A stretch of 62,972 nucleotides of DNA, filler included, from Pelomyxa schiedti (taxonomy: Eukaryota > Protista > Evosea): assembly GCA_020536535.1 (NCBI GenBank). It is 13 parts of 13 records of this genome, joined end to end, with 100 filler letters (N's around TTAATTAATTAA, not from the genome) between each part and the next. Parts side by side here need not be neighbours in the genome. Positions count along the whole stretch, not along the records: positions 18,838 to 26,004 come from JAHLWZ010001374.1; positions 26,105 to 29,182 come from JAHLWZ010001830.1; positions 29,283 to 31,698 come from JAHLWZ010002000.1; positions 31,799 to 43,431 come from JAHLWZ010000229.1; 9 more parts are not named here. One strand, written 5' to 3'. Shown here piece after piece: positions 22,901 to 33,907 of the stretch (positions within the stretch are counted from its first letter, which is position 1; each line of letters starts with the position of its first letter). A model generated the notes under the pieces. The model searched no databases. It was given only the letters and a program-made list of their open reading frames with translations, and was not told the origin of the DNA. The position numbers and the translations under genes were made by a program.

Positions 22901-25514
22901 TTACTTGTCACTTCCTGTGTGGGTTTGTGTTTTTTTGAATAGTTTGTAGCCCAACGCTGTAGTGAGTATGGTGAGGGCAACTGTGAATGCACTTAGGGCA
23001 CCAATGGCTATGAATAAATAGGTTTCTTCTGTCTCTTCATCATCCGGCATTTCACAGTATTCAGAGTAGAGTGGTCCTGCTTTGCTGATTCCACGTCTCA
23101 CAGCAAGGCACCGGAATCGGTCTGTGCGTACCTATGCATGTTTGTGTTATTAGTTATTACTGTGGAGTTGGAGTGCTTAGTTGTTACTTGCGGTGCTGGG
23201 AGGTTATTTTTTGATAGTTATTTGCGTTTGATGGTGCCGGAATTTAGTGAAGCAGAAATTATTTCATTGATGAATTTAGAATGGGAAGTTCTTACCTCAA
23301 ACCAATTTCTATCTGTTACGGATGCGGCACTCCATAGGCGTTCGGCGACCTTGGATTGTAATTAGATAGATAAGTGGGTTGGTACGGTACTGCGGGGCTT
23401 CTGGTTAGCCCTCTTTGATCCCAGGATAGTACATCGACGCTCTCACCCCAAGTTGGGGCTTCTCCACCCAAAACTAGTGACGCTTCCTCTTCAGTCATGT
23501 TCACAATTGGTTCATTGCTGAAGGGAAAGATAAGAATAAATAAGAGGCAGAGACAGGGAAAATTACTTGTACATATCCACGTAGGTCCACACCCACATCC
23601 AGTGAGTATTGCACTCAGGACAAACACCGGATGCAGTACAGAGGGGTGCTTGCATATCTTGATACCATCCTAATTGCAATTAGCCATCTTTTTGCCATTG
23701 GGGTAACTACCATAGAGCTGAATAGCCTTGTGGCCAGTCGCTACGGCATTTTTCAGAGAAGAGCTACTCTTCCAGGTACCAATAATTGCATCTTCTGTTA
23801 CACTATTTTGGTCCAGGGCTTCCTCCCAGACAACTGGTATCTTGTCACTACTGGATTTTTTGTTTTGTGAGTAATATAACAAAGACCGAGGAATACCAAA
23901 CCCTTTGACAACATTCTGGGCAAATAGAATCATATAACCGTACAATTCATCCCAAGTTTCAATGGAATTCTTTTCCATCCAATCCATAATTTCTTGTCTT
24001 TGAGTACTGTAGAGCCAACACCCAGAGTTAACTTCATGTGTGAAAGAATGAAATGGGAATGACATTGTTACCTTCATCACCCCCAACATGTATGTATGGA
24101 GAAGAGAATAAAGAAGAACTATCTCTAAAGACCTCTGTGATAATATCGAAAGTTAAATCTCCTGCTGGATTGAGAGGTATGCTGCGGAAATGGTCTGACC
24201 AAATAGAAAGGGAAGAAGGATAAGTACGCATTCTCAGGGTAGTCTTGATCCCCTCCTCCGGAAAGCAACCAGTCCCAGCAATCGGTTGCAACGTCATATC
24301 CAAGTCCCCATGAAGCAGTATGCCCCTGAGTAAGCACATTAGCTGGACAGGAAAAAGAGGAAAAAGTACAGGCATATCGAACTCCGGCATAATAATAACA
24401 CCAAATGATTCAGCGAAAGAAATCAAGTCCAAAAGGTCGTCATGTGAGTAGTGGGCAGCTTTATTGAATGCTCCTTTTCCACTAAGATCCGGATATGATG
24501 GTAAGTCATAGGGAAAGGACTGTGCGTCGGTCAAGTGAATGTGCAGTAAATTCATCTTCATAGCTGCTAACCCTGTTGTAATTTGTTTCAACTAATTTCA
24601 ATAAGAATAAGTTTGGTTCGCACAGGCCACTATTGCATACTTTGGAAAGTGGAATAAAGTGTCTAGATGTGTCAATGAGAAGTCCTCTCCAAGGGAATCG
24701 GGGCCAGTCTTCAATAAAAAGGGGTGTGTGTTGGATTGTAAAGTGGTCACTATCCCACTCAATCAATTGTGCAAGTGTTTCGAAACCTTTTCGCATCTTA
24801 AAACTGAGCGTCAAGTCACAAAATTTACCTCTTAGGATTCCCCACACTGTAGACGCATGGAGTTCTACTTTATCTGTCACTTCAATGCTGTAGGTCTCAT
24901 TCACGCCAATATCCAGTGTCGGAAAAGGATCACTGCCTTCTAAGACAACTATTACCTCTGATATCTATCAACTATTACTTTAGTCAAATTCAAGAACATC
25001 CACTCACTGCTGAGGTGCCCTCTGCCCAGTTATCCAGCTGATCACTGATTTGCGAATGTAAAGATAGGACCCACGGAGAAACATCTTTCTGTATGTTGAT
25101 AGTGTCTTCCACACACCTCGAAAAAGCGTTCTCTATATACTAAGCAAATGTTACAAGAGATTAAACAATAAACTGTGCAATAATAGAGTTAGCTCGTGAA
25201 TTACTAGGTAACCTCTTTAGCAGTATCAGAGAGCTGTTGTGATCCCGAGAGTTGCTGTATTGTAAGCTGAGGGTCATTCACTACCACAGCACCATCATCA
25301 CTACACGTGACCCTTTGTGGTTGGGGTAGTATCAGCAGTGTTCCTATATTTGTTTTGGTGTGAACACAGAAATTGTCATTTTGTTGTTTAGTTATAAATC
25401 ATAATCATACAACTAGACAAACCAACCCTCGTCACAACACGTAACCACTCCCATAATGGCGGCAATGGACGCCACGACGACAACGCCCACCGCCCTTTCG
25501 GCCCTTCGTCTCAT
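22901..25514 (-). CDS. Beta-hexosaminidase (glycoside hydrolase family 20) with signal peptide and C-terminal TM helix, multi-exon
   Basis: DWPRFPWRGLLIDTSRHF, MNLLHIHLTDAQSFP, PEFDMPGH, catalytic HVGGDE, LGGEAPTWGE; C-terminal hydrophobic segment YLFIAIGALSAFTVALTIL. Confidence 0.95.
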
Positions 25515-25809
25515 CAATCGGTGAAAAAACTTTCTTGATGTTTGTTCTTCATCAATTTCACAGAGCCGCACACGCGGACGTTGTGTGCCATGGCCGTATG
25601 CCGTGATATTATGGGACAACCTTTGGACGCTACTTGATTGCTCGTATATCCATGACATAGTTTTATTTATGACTCGGGGGATTGACTTTTTACTAGCAAT
25701 TCAGTACAGATAGAACTGAATGGTTTAGTTACAGATGGAATATTCAAGAGTGCCAACAAATGCCAGTGCCAAATTTTCTCACTCCCCCAAATGGCTGAGA
25801 GACCGGCCA

Positions 25810-26004
25810 CATCTCCCAGAACGCCGGGCCGTTGCCCCGGACGAGCCTGCTATGCAGAATCGGATGGGCCATAATACATGCTCTTACCGCACTTTCCAGC
25901 AGAATAGGGTCAAGTCTCTGGTCAAACTCCATCACCCCACAGAGTGTGGCGTCGCCCATGATCCTGACAGAATTCGTGAACAGATCTAGGGCAGATGCCT
26001 CCCG
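25810..26004 (-). other. Prokaryote-like condensation/acyltransferase-domain N-terminal fragment at scaffold end
   Basis: Intronless REASALDLFTNSVRIMGDATLCGVMEFDQRLDPILLESAVRACIMAHPILHSRLVRGNGPAFWEM fits the condensation-family motif 'LDxxxLxxAxxxxxxxHPxLxxR'; resemblance stops abruptly after FWEM. Confidence 0.5.
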
Positions 26005-26104
26005 NNNNNNNNNNNNNNNNNNNNNNNNNNNNNNNNNNNNNNNNNNNNTTAATTAATTAANNNNNNNNNNNNNNNNNNNNNNNNNNNNNNNNNNNNNNNN
26101 NNNN

Positions 26105-26930
26105 CATCATCCCAGGATCCCTGATACCTGTCGCCGTTTGACCACAACCTCACGCCCTCCCCGTGGAACCTGTCGCCCTTCATCCCACCCACGTAGCTCC
26201 CTCCTGGGTCGTGGTGGAGTGTGCTGTAGTCGCCAATGAGCATCCTCCCTGTTCCCGTCATCACATCGTGGTCCCACTCGCCACAGTATATCGTGCCCGT
26301 TTCCGGCGACCTCCACATCCCGTGGCCGTGCCTCTCGTTGTTGTGCCACTCGCCCTCGTACACCGTCACCATCAGCACCGTGTCCCCCTCCTCCTGGCAC
26401 CCCCCTCCTCCTCCTCCTGCCCCGCCTGGGCCCTTGGCCTCGGTCAGCCTCCCGTCGGCGCCGCGTATGACCCTCTTCCTCCACAGGCCCCAGCCCTCCA
26501 TGCGGTACCCGTCGGCGCCCTCGTCCCAGGCCCACTCGCCCTCCTTCACGTCGACGCCGTTGGGGCTGTGCCACGCCCCGCGGCGCCAGTGGTCGCCGCG
26601 CCACAGCCCCTCGAAGGTGCCTCCGTCGGCCCGGTGCGCCGCGCCCCAGCCGTCCCTCCCGCCGCTCCTCCACTCGCCAGAGTACGTGGTCCTGCCTGGC
26701 CGCGTGTGGGAGCCTCGGCCGTGGCGCTGGCCGTCGCGCCAGTCGCCGTCGTAGGTGTGCTGCCCGTCGGGCTCCTGCCACGTGAGCTTGCCCCTGCCGT
26801 CTCGCTTGTTGTCGACCAGCCGCCCCGTGTACACACCACCGCCGTCTAGTTGCTTCGCGTTCTCAACGGACTCCACACCACCAGCCATTTTTTCATCCAG
26901 TTTGGTGATCGCAGAACAGATTCCCTCCAA
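26105..26930 (-). CDS. MORN-repeat protein (3'-truncated by scaffold end)
   Basis: Repeated YxGxWxxGxRHGxG units: YDGDWRDGQRHGRG, YEGEWHNNERHGHG, YVGGMKGDRFHGEG. Confidence 0.9.
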
Positions 26931-27437
26931 AGAGGCATCACGCGTTTGTTGGTTACTGGCAAGTTACGGCCGACAGTCCTGCGGTTTGGTTTTTGTTGTG
27001 TGTGGTGTCACTGTGGTGCTGCGACCTACGCCCATATAATATGAATTCCTCACTCACCATCCTCACACCATACTGGTGTAATGCGGAGACTTCTAATACA
27101 GGTTGAATGGAAAAAACGTAATTAAAATTATTTAATAACTCCCCTCGTCGATGTTTTTTGTGGTTCTAGTGATAATCAAAAGACACAAGCCACTGAACAA
27201 TCACCAAAACCCATTTATGTCAAGGCCGCGCAGCCGCGGCGAGACCCGATTCAACTAACACACACAAGCCGCGCTGCCGCCGCCGCGCCGCGCCAACCGC
27301 CCCGCGGCACAAAACATCACCAAATCCCGGCAATATCGGGTCGCTTCACCACCACCACCAACAACAACGACACCCTCCCAGGCACCACCCACGCCCAGAG
27401 CCGCCGGGCCCCACACACCACAACCATCACAACAAAG

Positions 27438-27860
27438 GTGACCACCGCAACGAGGAAGGAGACTGCGAGGGACCAAGTGGCCGCCCTGTGCGCGGGGCTG
27501 CACCCCCGCTGCGTCGCCGCGTGCCTGCTGACGAGGGGAATGGCGGCTGCAACGGCGACGGTGGGAGTCGCAGTCGACGCCGCGCTGGCTTGGAGGCTGG
27601 TGTGGGAGTGGATCCGCAACAACTCGTGGTTCTACTGTGTCACTTTGAAGTGCTATGACGAGCCACACTGCTTCCCACCGCTGACGGTGACATTTGGCGT
27701 GTCGATGCTGCTGATGACGCTGATGCACTACATGAGGTGGTGGGCACAGAGGAGCCACGAATTCCTTCTTAGCGTTCCAGCTTCCCAACATGAAGGCAGA
27801 TGGCACTGGGCCTGGCTGCGCGGTCCAGTGAACAATGCCCCTTCACGCCCACTCACACCC
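27438..27860 (+). pseudogene. Truncated member of the 'RxQxxAL..PRC..WEW' lineage-expanded family
   Basis: ARDQVAALCAGLHPRC...RLVWEWI...TFGVSM parallels ORF 44974-46422; sequence composition changes abruptly near 27860. Confidence 0.55.
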
Positions 27861-28157
27861 TCTAACCAAAAAATGAAGATGAAGTCTTTTGTTTTTCTTT
27901 TGTTTGAAGTGAGACAATTATCTTGGGCCGTCGGGCACCTCCCCACTTGCAATGCAACACCGCTGTGTGGGCCCCAGTGCCGCCTTCCCTCCCCCATGTG
28001 CCATTGGAATTGGTTTGATGCTTTTGGTTCCATTTTTGAAAACCGCATCAACATTCATTTGCCTGTTCACTTCTGTGAATGGGTGCAAGGTTGAAGAATA
28101 CCCAATTTATTTTGGAGCAAAGTTCAGCAAAGGCTTGCCTGGAAATCATGTTTGATC

Positions 28158-28275
28158 TGTGTGATTCTGTAGAATACACAAGCAAACTCTCTGCGAGCAC
28201 GAGCGCGAATGCCGAGACTGGGAGACTGACCTGCTGAGTCAGCACTCGGACCTGACATCTTAGGAAATCAAGTTC
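28158..28275 (-). repeat. Dispersed ~118-bp repeat, second copy at 29283-29400 (+)
   Basis: Reverse-complement match with a few substitutions; contains the palindrome TGCTGAcTCAGCA. Confidence 0.92.
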
Positions 28276-29115
28276 GCGGAAATCTACCTGATCGTTCACC
28301 TCGATTTCAAGTCGTTTTCGAGTCCTGATAAGCCCGACACACTCCGACCTTAGAATCACGACCAAAACCTCATAAATCAAAACAAACAACAAAACAGAAC
28401 AAATAATAGAATCCTTTCTTGATCTCGTTCTTGTTCCCTGCTTCACTGCCACACAACGAACTACACATCCCACAGAAGCACACAGATCCTGCAATTTATA
28501 ATCTCTTCTAATTAAGAACTTAGAGAGTTAAGAAACAACTCAGCACCACTCCCACAAAACAGAACTGGGATTCTTCTGTTTTGGTTGCATCCAAGCTCTA
28601 CATCGTTTTGGGAACATCTTCTTTAGATCAAGGTTTTTCTACCAAAGTTCCAGTATTGCCAGCCCAAAGCCAAATACAGGGCACTATATCTCTTTTTTGC
28701 ATTCTCCATGAAGTGGTACTAATGCCGGAATTTCTAGAGATCTCCAGCACCTTAAGAAAGGGGGATTTCGTTTGGCCATCAGCCATCCTTGGTCTTAACT
28801 AAAAAAATGTTCTTGCTTTGGCTGCCAAGACAGCAAGCAGCTCCACCACATTGGTGACACCTCCCACTTTCGAACTACCATTACCAAGGTGGAAGTACCA
28901 AACTGGGGCTGTGGGGTACCAATTTGGGGCTTTTTTACCAAAGTGGGCCCAAATTGCCAAAATGGGGCCCCATTCACTTCAGGGTGATACAAAAACAACT
29001 TGCCTCTCCCTCTAATTAATATCAGTTTCTTTGTTAGAGTGGAATGCAACACAAATTCTTAATGTTTATTTTTACTGGGGGCAAAAAGCCTGTGCTAATT
29101 TCACTCATTTTTGGC

Positions 29116-29182
29116 GCCAAATAAAGGTCAAGAGTCATTGAGTCATTGGATGAATGCCAAATAAGTGGTCTTACATCAAAGC
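29116..29182 (+). repeat. Dispersed ~88-bp element, copy C (cut by scaffold end)
   Basis: GCCAAATAAAGGTCAAGAGTCATTGAG...GTGGTCTTACATC. Confidence 0.88.
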
Positions 29183-29282
29183 NNNNNNNNNNNNNNNNNN
29201 NNNNNNNNNNNNNNNNNNNNNNNNNNTTAATTAATTAANNNNNNNNNNNNNNNNNNNNNNNNNNNNNNNNNNNNNNNNNNNN

Positions 29283-29400
29283 GAACTTGATTTCCTAAGA
29301 TGTCAGGTCCGAGTGCTGACTCAGCAGGTCAGTCTCTCAGTCTCGGTGTTCGTGCTCGTGCTCGCAGAGAGTTTGCTTGTGTATTCTACAGAATCACACA
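29283..29400 (+). repeat. Dispersed ~118-bp repeat, copy at scaffold start
   Basis: Matches 28158-28275 in the opposite orientation. Confidence 0.92.
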
Positions 29401-31798
29401 GTTTATGCCACCCACAGATGAGCTGTGTGGGGAGACACCTTTGTTGTTTTGTGTGTTGTTGGTGGCACATGCAACTAAGACACATATTGTTTTTCTGGTG
29501 TACCTGTGGCCATTTCCACCATTCAGCTGAATAGTGCTGTGAAATACTGAGGAGCCAATGTTCTCCATCTCAGTCAATGTGGCATTGTGAAAATACTTTG
29601 AGGAAATTACCTGGGCCATTTCCTCAGCTGCCATCACCTCGACTTTGTGCTTCCAAATCTTCAGCAGTTTGTACTGTCGCTTTTGTCACTTCTCTCATTA
29701 ATGCTTAACAACAGAAAGAAAGTGCGACTGTACATACAGGTCCTCTGTCAGTGTGCTTGATCTTGCAATGTTGCAGATCCACCTACAAGGTAGCTGTACC
29801 TGCTTTTTACTGTTACTTTTTAAAAAGTACTTTAAGAGGGGTACCACCCATGTCAACAACATGCGCCCCTCAAGCTGTAACACAGTGCTACCTGCGGAAT
29901 TGTGTGACAGCTTTTACTCCTGCTGAAATTGAGCAACACCGAGTGAAACTACACTCCAAAATAAAAGCTGATCAAGATACATACGCATATGGCAGAAAAA
30001 CTGCAAAAGATCCATCCACATGTACATGTTCAAAGGTGTTTCCGTTATCCCCTCACTCTCATTTCCATTACGATCTCTATTTTCAATTTCACTTCGTTTT
30101 TACACCAGTCGACACAGGGAGGACTGTGTGCTGAGCACATTTTGCTTTTTTTTATAATTGGAATAATATTGGAATTGTACATGAGTGCCTTACCAATCTC
30201 CATGCATACACAGACAGTCCAGGTAGTGAGGGGGAGGGCAGATTCTGAATCTGTTGTAATACAGACCTCTTTCCCAGTGGCATTCTCTACCCACATCTCA
30301 GTGTAAAGAGATATCTCTATCTGAGATCATCAAAAGAGCACTTGATTGATCACCCTGCTGCTGTTTTTCTTGGTTCCAATCCTGCAAGTTCCTTTGGTAT
30401 GTGAGTGATTTTGGTTTAACTGAGTGATTTTTGGCTGCACAGTGGGATGAGAACAACTTTTGGAGCACAACTGGATTTATTCCTTGCGATGCAAGGCTCA
30501 CTGTGCCTCCAATTACCACACAGGCATCTGTTTTTTTGAGTAACCTTTATAAATTACAAATTATTTACAATCACATGAGGATCTGAGGGCCTCAGCAAGA
30601 ACCTACTTGCTTGGTGAATACCCCAAGTGTGTCACCTTCCCTTCCACTCCTTAACTTCTCCTGGTGACACATGAAACAATCTACACTTCCACGAACCCTC
30701 CTCATTTTTTCTATGTTGCACCCAGGTAAACACATTCTCTTCTCTTAATGTTTGGAGAGGTAACTGCTTTTTAGCTATGTCCTTTGCGAAGAAGGACACA
30801 AAGAAACACCTTGAAACAGTTCCTCACAATGAGATTGCCCATCCCCCTGTGCCACACTACAAAGAAAATGTCTGGTAAGACTGCCTTTCCTCCTGAGTTT
30901 CTCCACACAATTCCTAAAACAACCCCCCTAATCTCTTGAAAGTGGCTGGCTTATTGCTCAGAAAAAACTGTCTCTTTTCAAAAATGGTGGTTTCTTTTGT
31001 TTTTTTCCCTGTTCTTCCTCATTTTGAAAAGCCTGACTACCAGGCAAAAGCCTGCTTGTGGTGGCATTGTCTTAATTCTTCAAAAAAAAAAAAAACAAAG
31101 TCAAATTAATTTACCAAAAAAATGATCAACAGTTTTTGCTGTGTGGACACTGTGGGTCAAAAAACTGGCAGTTACAATGGATTGCCAACACCACAGACAA
31201 CTTGGGTGCACAACATCATCCTCAATGATGCAAAAAATAAGGAAGCAAATAAGTAAATGACTGGAGCTCCTCAATGCTTTGTGATCCAGTCTCTTACCTC
31301 CAAAGCCAGAGAAAATGCATTGGAAGAGGCTGTGTGCATTGAAGGCAACATGTTAGCACAAGCTGGATAGTGTAATCTGTGGGGGGAGCTTATTTAAATT
31401 CTTCAAAAAAAAAAATTTCTAAGTCGATTTTTTTGCCTCAATTTCACTGTTTGATGTGTTGCCTGATGACAACGACAGAAACTGACATGGCATTGATGCT
31501 AAAGTGTTTCCATATATGCATAAAACATTGGTCACAGCATAATTTGTTGACTGTTTCGTGTCATATGGGGTCATTGTGGCTGAAGATGGTTCACAGTAAC
31601 TAGAACACATCCCACATGGCACAATGACATTCAGATTCCTTTTTTTTTTTCCTTTTGCCCTTTTGTCCTCACAACACAGAAGTGTTCCACTGTACTTGNN
31701 NNNNNNNNNNNNNNNNNNNNNNNNNNNNNNNNNNNNNNNNNNTTAATTAATTAANNNNNNNNNNNNNNNNNNNNNNNNNNNNNNNNNNNNNNNNNNNN

Positions 31799-33692
31799 CT
31801 CCCCCCAAATGGGTTTCAACTACATTGCATTGAAGAGATGTAAGACCTCTTTTGGCTTTCCAACAATGACTCAATGACTCTTGACCTTATTTGGCTACAA
31901 AAACACAACAAATTGGGTTTAGAGTTTTTATTAAATGTTTTTGTAGAAAATCTGGGAAGGTGTGGTACCATACACTGTGCTACAAAGTGGAGGAAGAGAA
32001 ATCTTTGTGGAGAGGGAACAGCAGGTGACGGGTGGGGCTGTGTCGTGTGCGCAGGGGACGACTGGGTGTGAGAGACAGGCAACGTGGTTGTGCCACCTGG
32101 CTGTGCTTTTGGGTCCACTTGCTTTTCTTGCATTTTGACACCGCACCCAATGAACTTGATGTTCATGAGGTGGTGCACCCCATGCCAAACAGTAAACCAG
32201 CACCCCTCAAAGCAACTGAAGAAATTGGAACGAGTGTCTTTGTGGGGCCCAAACACAGACAGCTTTTGGTGTGTCGAGCCCCACTCACTCATTTGACAGT
32301 GCCATTTGGCTGTCTTACATATTTAAAGTGTGACTAGGGTACTTGTTTTGTGGTTAAGATGAATGGCTTAGTCGTTTAGAACTTGAACCCCAGGGATCTA
32401 AATGGAGGGAGTGGGGCTATTCCTTTGTTGACCACTCACACTTCCCCCAAAACACAATTACCCACATCCACAACAATAACAGACACCTCCACACTGATGT
32501 GAGTTTGGCCCTGAGGTTGAGGATCTGAAAAAAACCTGTCAATCTAGATTTAGGACCCTTTGCTGGGCGGACAAACACCTACAAAGTCGAATGGCTACCG
32601 TTTCGTCGGTGGTTGTGTTCCCCATGGGTGTGACGGTGCCTGAGGTATCGCGGACGGTAATTGTGGGAACAGGGGGCTACGTGGCGGCGCTGGTGCCGGC
32701 CACGCCACTCACGCTGCCACCTCTAGGCACAGCGTCGAGGTCAGTGGACACCGGTGGGACGCCGGGGGGCGGTGATACTGAGGACGTAATTGTGGGAGGG
32801 GCTATGGAACGATTGTGGACGCTCAACCTAAAAGGTACCAAAATTCCCGGCCTAAGTAATATGTTATTTGGTTATTTGCACAGGTGCATTAGTTAACTAA
32901 TTTATAACTACGAATGTATTCGTATTGCTAAGGGAATGCTGAGGGACTGGATACCACATTACAAACGTGGCACTACATAACAACGTTTTGTACGCTGGCT
33001 CGTATGGCCACCTGTATGCAATCAATCCCGTTTCTGGGGCCATTTTGTGGGAACAGACACCAAAAGGTTTTTGAAACTATGTCAAAAAGTGTGCTCTAAT
33101 ATCTGTGCAGGTCACGCACATAGCGGAGGAATGAACATTCAGTTCACTGAGAATAATCAACTTATTCTTGGCAGTGAGGGATATGTCTCCTGCTTTGCCT
33201 GCAATGATGGACAAGTTATTACTCAAGCTCCATTTATGACAGTCCTATATTAACACACACAAGGAATTATGGAAAACCAGTCTTCCAAACACAATGTATT
33301 GGGGCGTAAATATTGTCATTCAGAGTGATGCAATATATGTTGGAACATACTCGCGAGTATTCGGCTTGAGACTTGATGGTACAATCATGTGGTCTGCGGA
33401 CTTGTCCAGGATGAGATTCCTTGCTCCTGTACATCTGTTTTCTCTCTTTTACTACCAGTGTAAGTGACCATAAAAGGTGGTTCTTTCTTGGGTGAAGGGG
33501 CATAGCTCTTCTGAAGACTTACTACTTGTTGGTATGATAAACTTGGATTTGTGAGTGAAATAAATTCAAATATGTCTAGGGGGACTTGGATTTGTGTTCA
33601 CATTAAGACCTTCGACAGGCGAAGTATAACTAAAATTATATTCATATCAATACCAAACTTACCAAAACAAGATCATAAAAGAAACCTCTCTG
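31799..33692. repeat. Segmental duplication copy 1 (31799-32117 ~ 35552-35870; 32732-33692 ~ 36071-37042); includes element copy D at 31812-31895
   Basis: Direct comparison; the central segments differ completely between the two copies. Confidence 0.95.
32591..33692 (+). CDS. PQQ-like beta-propeller repeat protein, copy 1 (3' end lost in gap)
   Basis: Repeats VIVGTGGYVAAL..RLWTLNLKG, LILGSEGYVSCFACNDGQ/ELWKTSL, RVFGLRLDGTIMWSADL and GGLGFVFTLRPSTGE. Confidence 0.65.
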
Positions 33693-33792
33693 NNNNNNNN
33701 NNNNNNNNNNNNNNNNNNNNNNNNNNNNNNNNNNNNNNNNNNNNNNNNNNNNNNNNNNNNNNNNNNNNNNNNNNNNNNNNNNNNNNNNNNNN

Positions 33793-33907
33793 CGTGAATT
33801 GCCGGGTTCGGTTCTGTTTCCTGTGCGGGGCCTTTGCCGAGAGCACAAGCCACTTTGTTTCCCCAAATCGTTGCCGTCAACACACCCCCAGAAAAACAGA
33901 ACCCTGA
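33793..33907 (+). CDS. C-terminal RING2/IBR-type zinc finger fragment (RBR E3 ligase-like)
   Basis: VNCRVRFCFLCG..SHF..RC matches the CxxxFCxxC..H..C end of RBR ligases. Confidence 0.6.

Noticed and set aside
26163-26849. Long antisense ORFs over the MORN gene and other GC-rich genes (also 47466-48213, 59856-60329)
   Set aside because: Shadow ORFs caused by high GC3 and low-complexity codons.
31675-31694. pogo/Tc1-like terminus (GTTCCACTG-TA)
   Set aside because: At a scaffold end with no partner TIR and no transposase on that scaffold.
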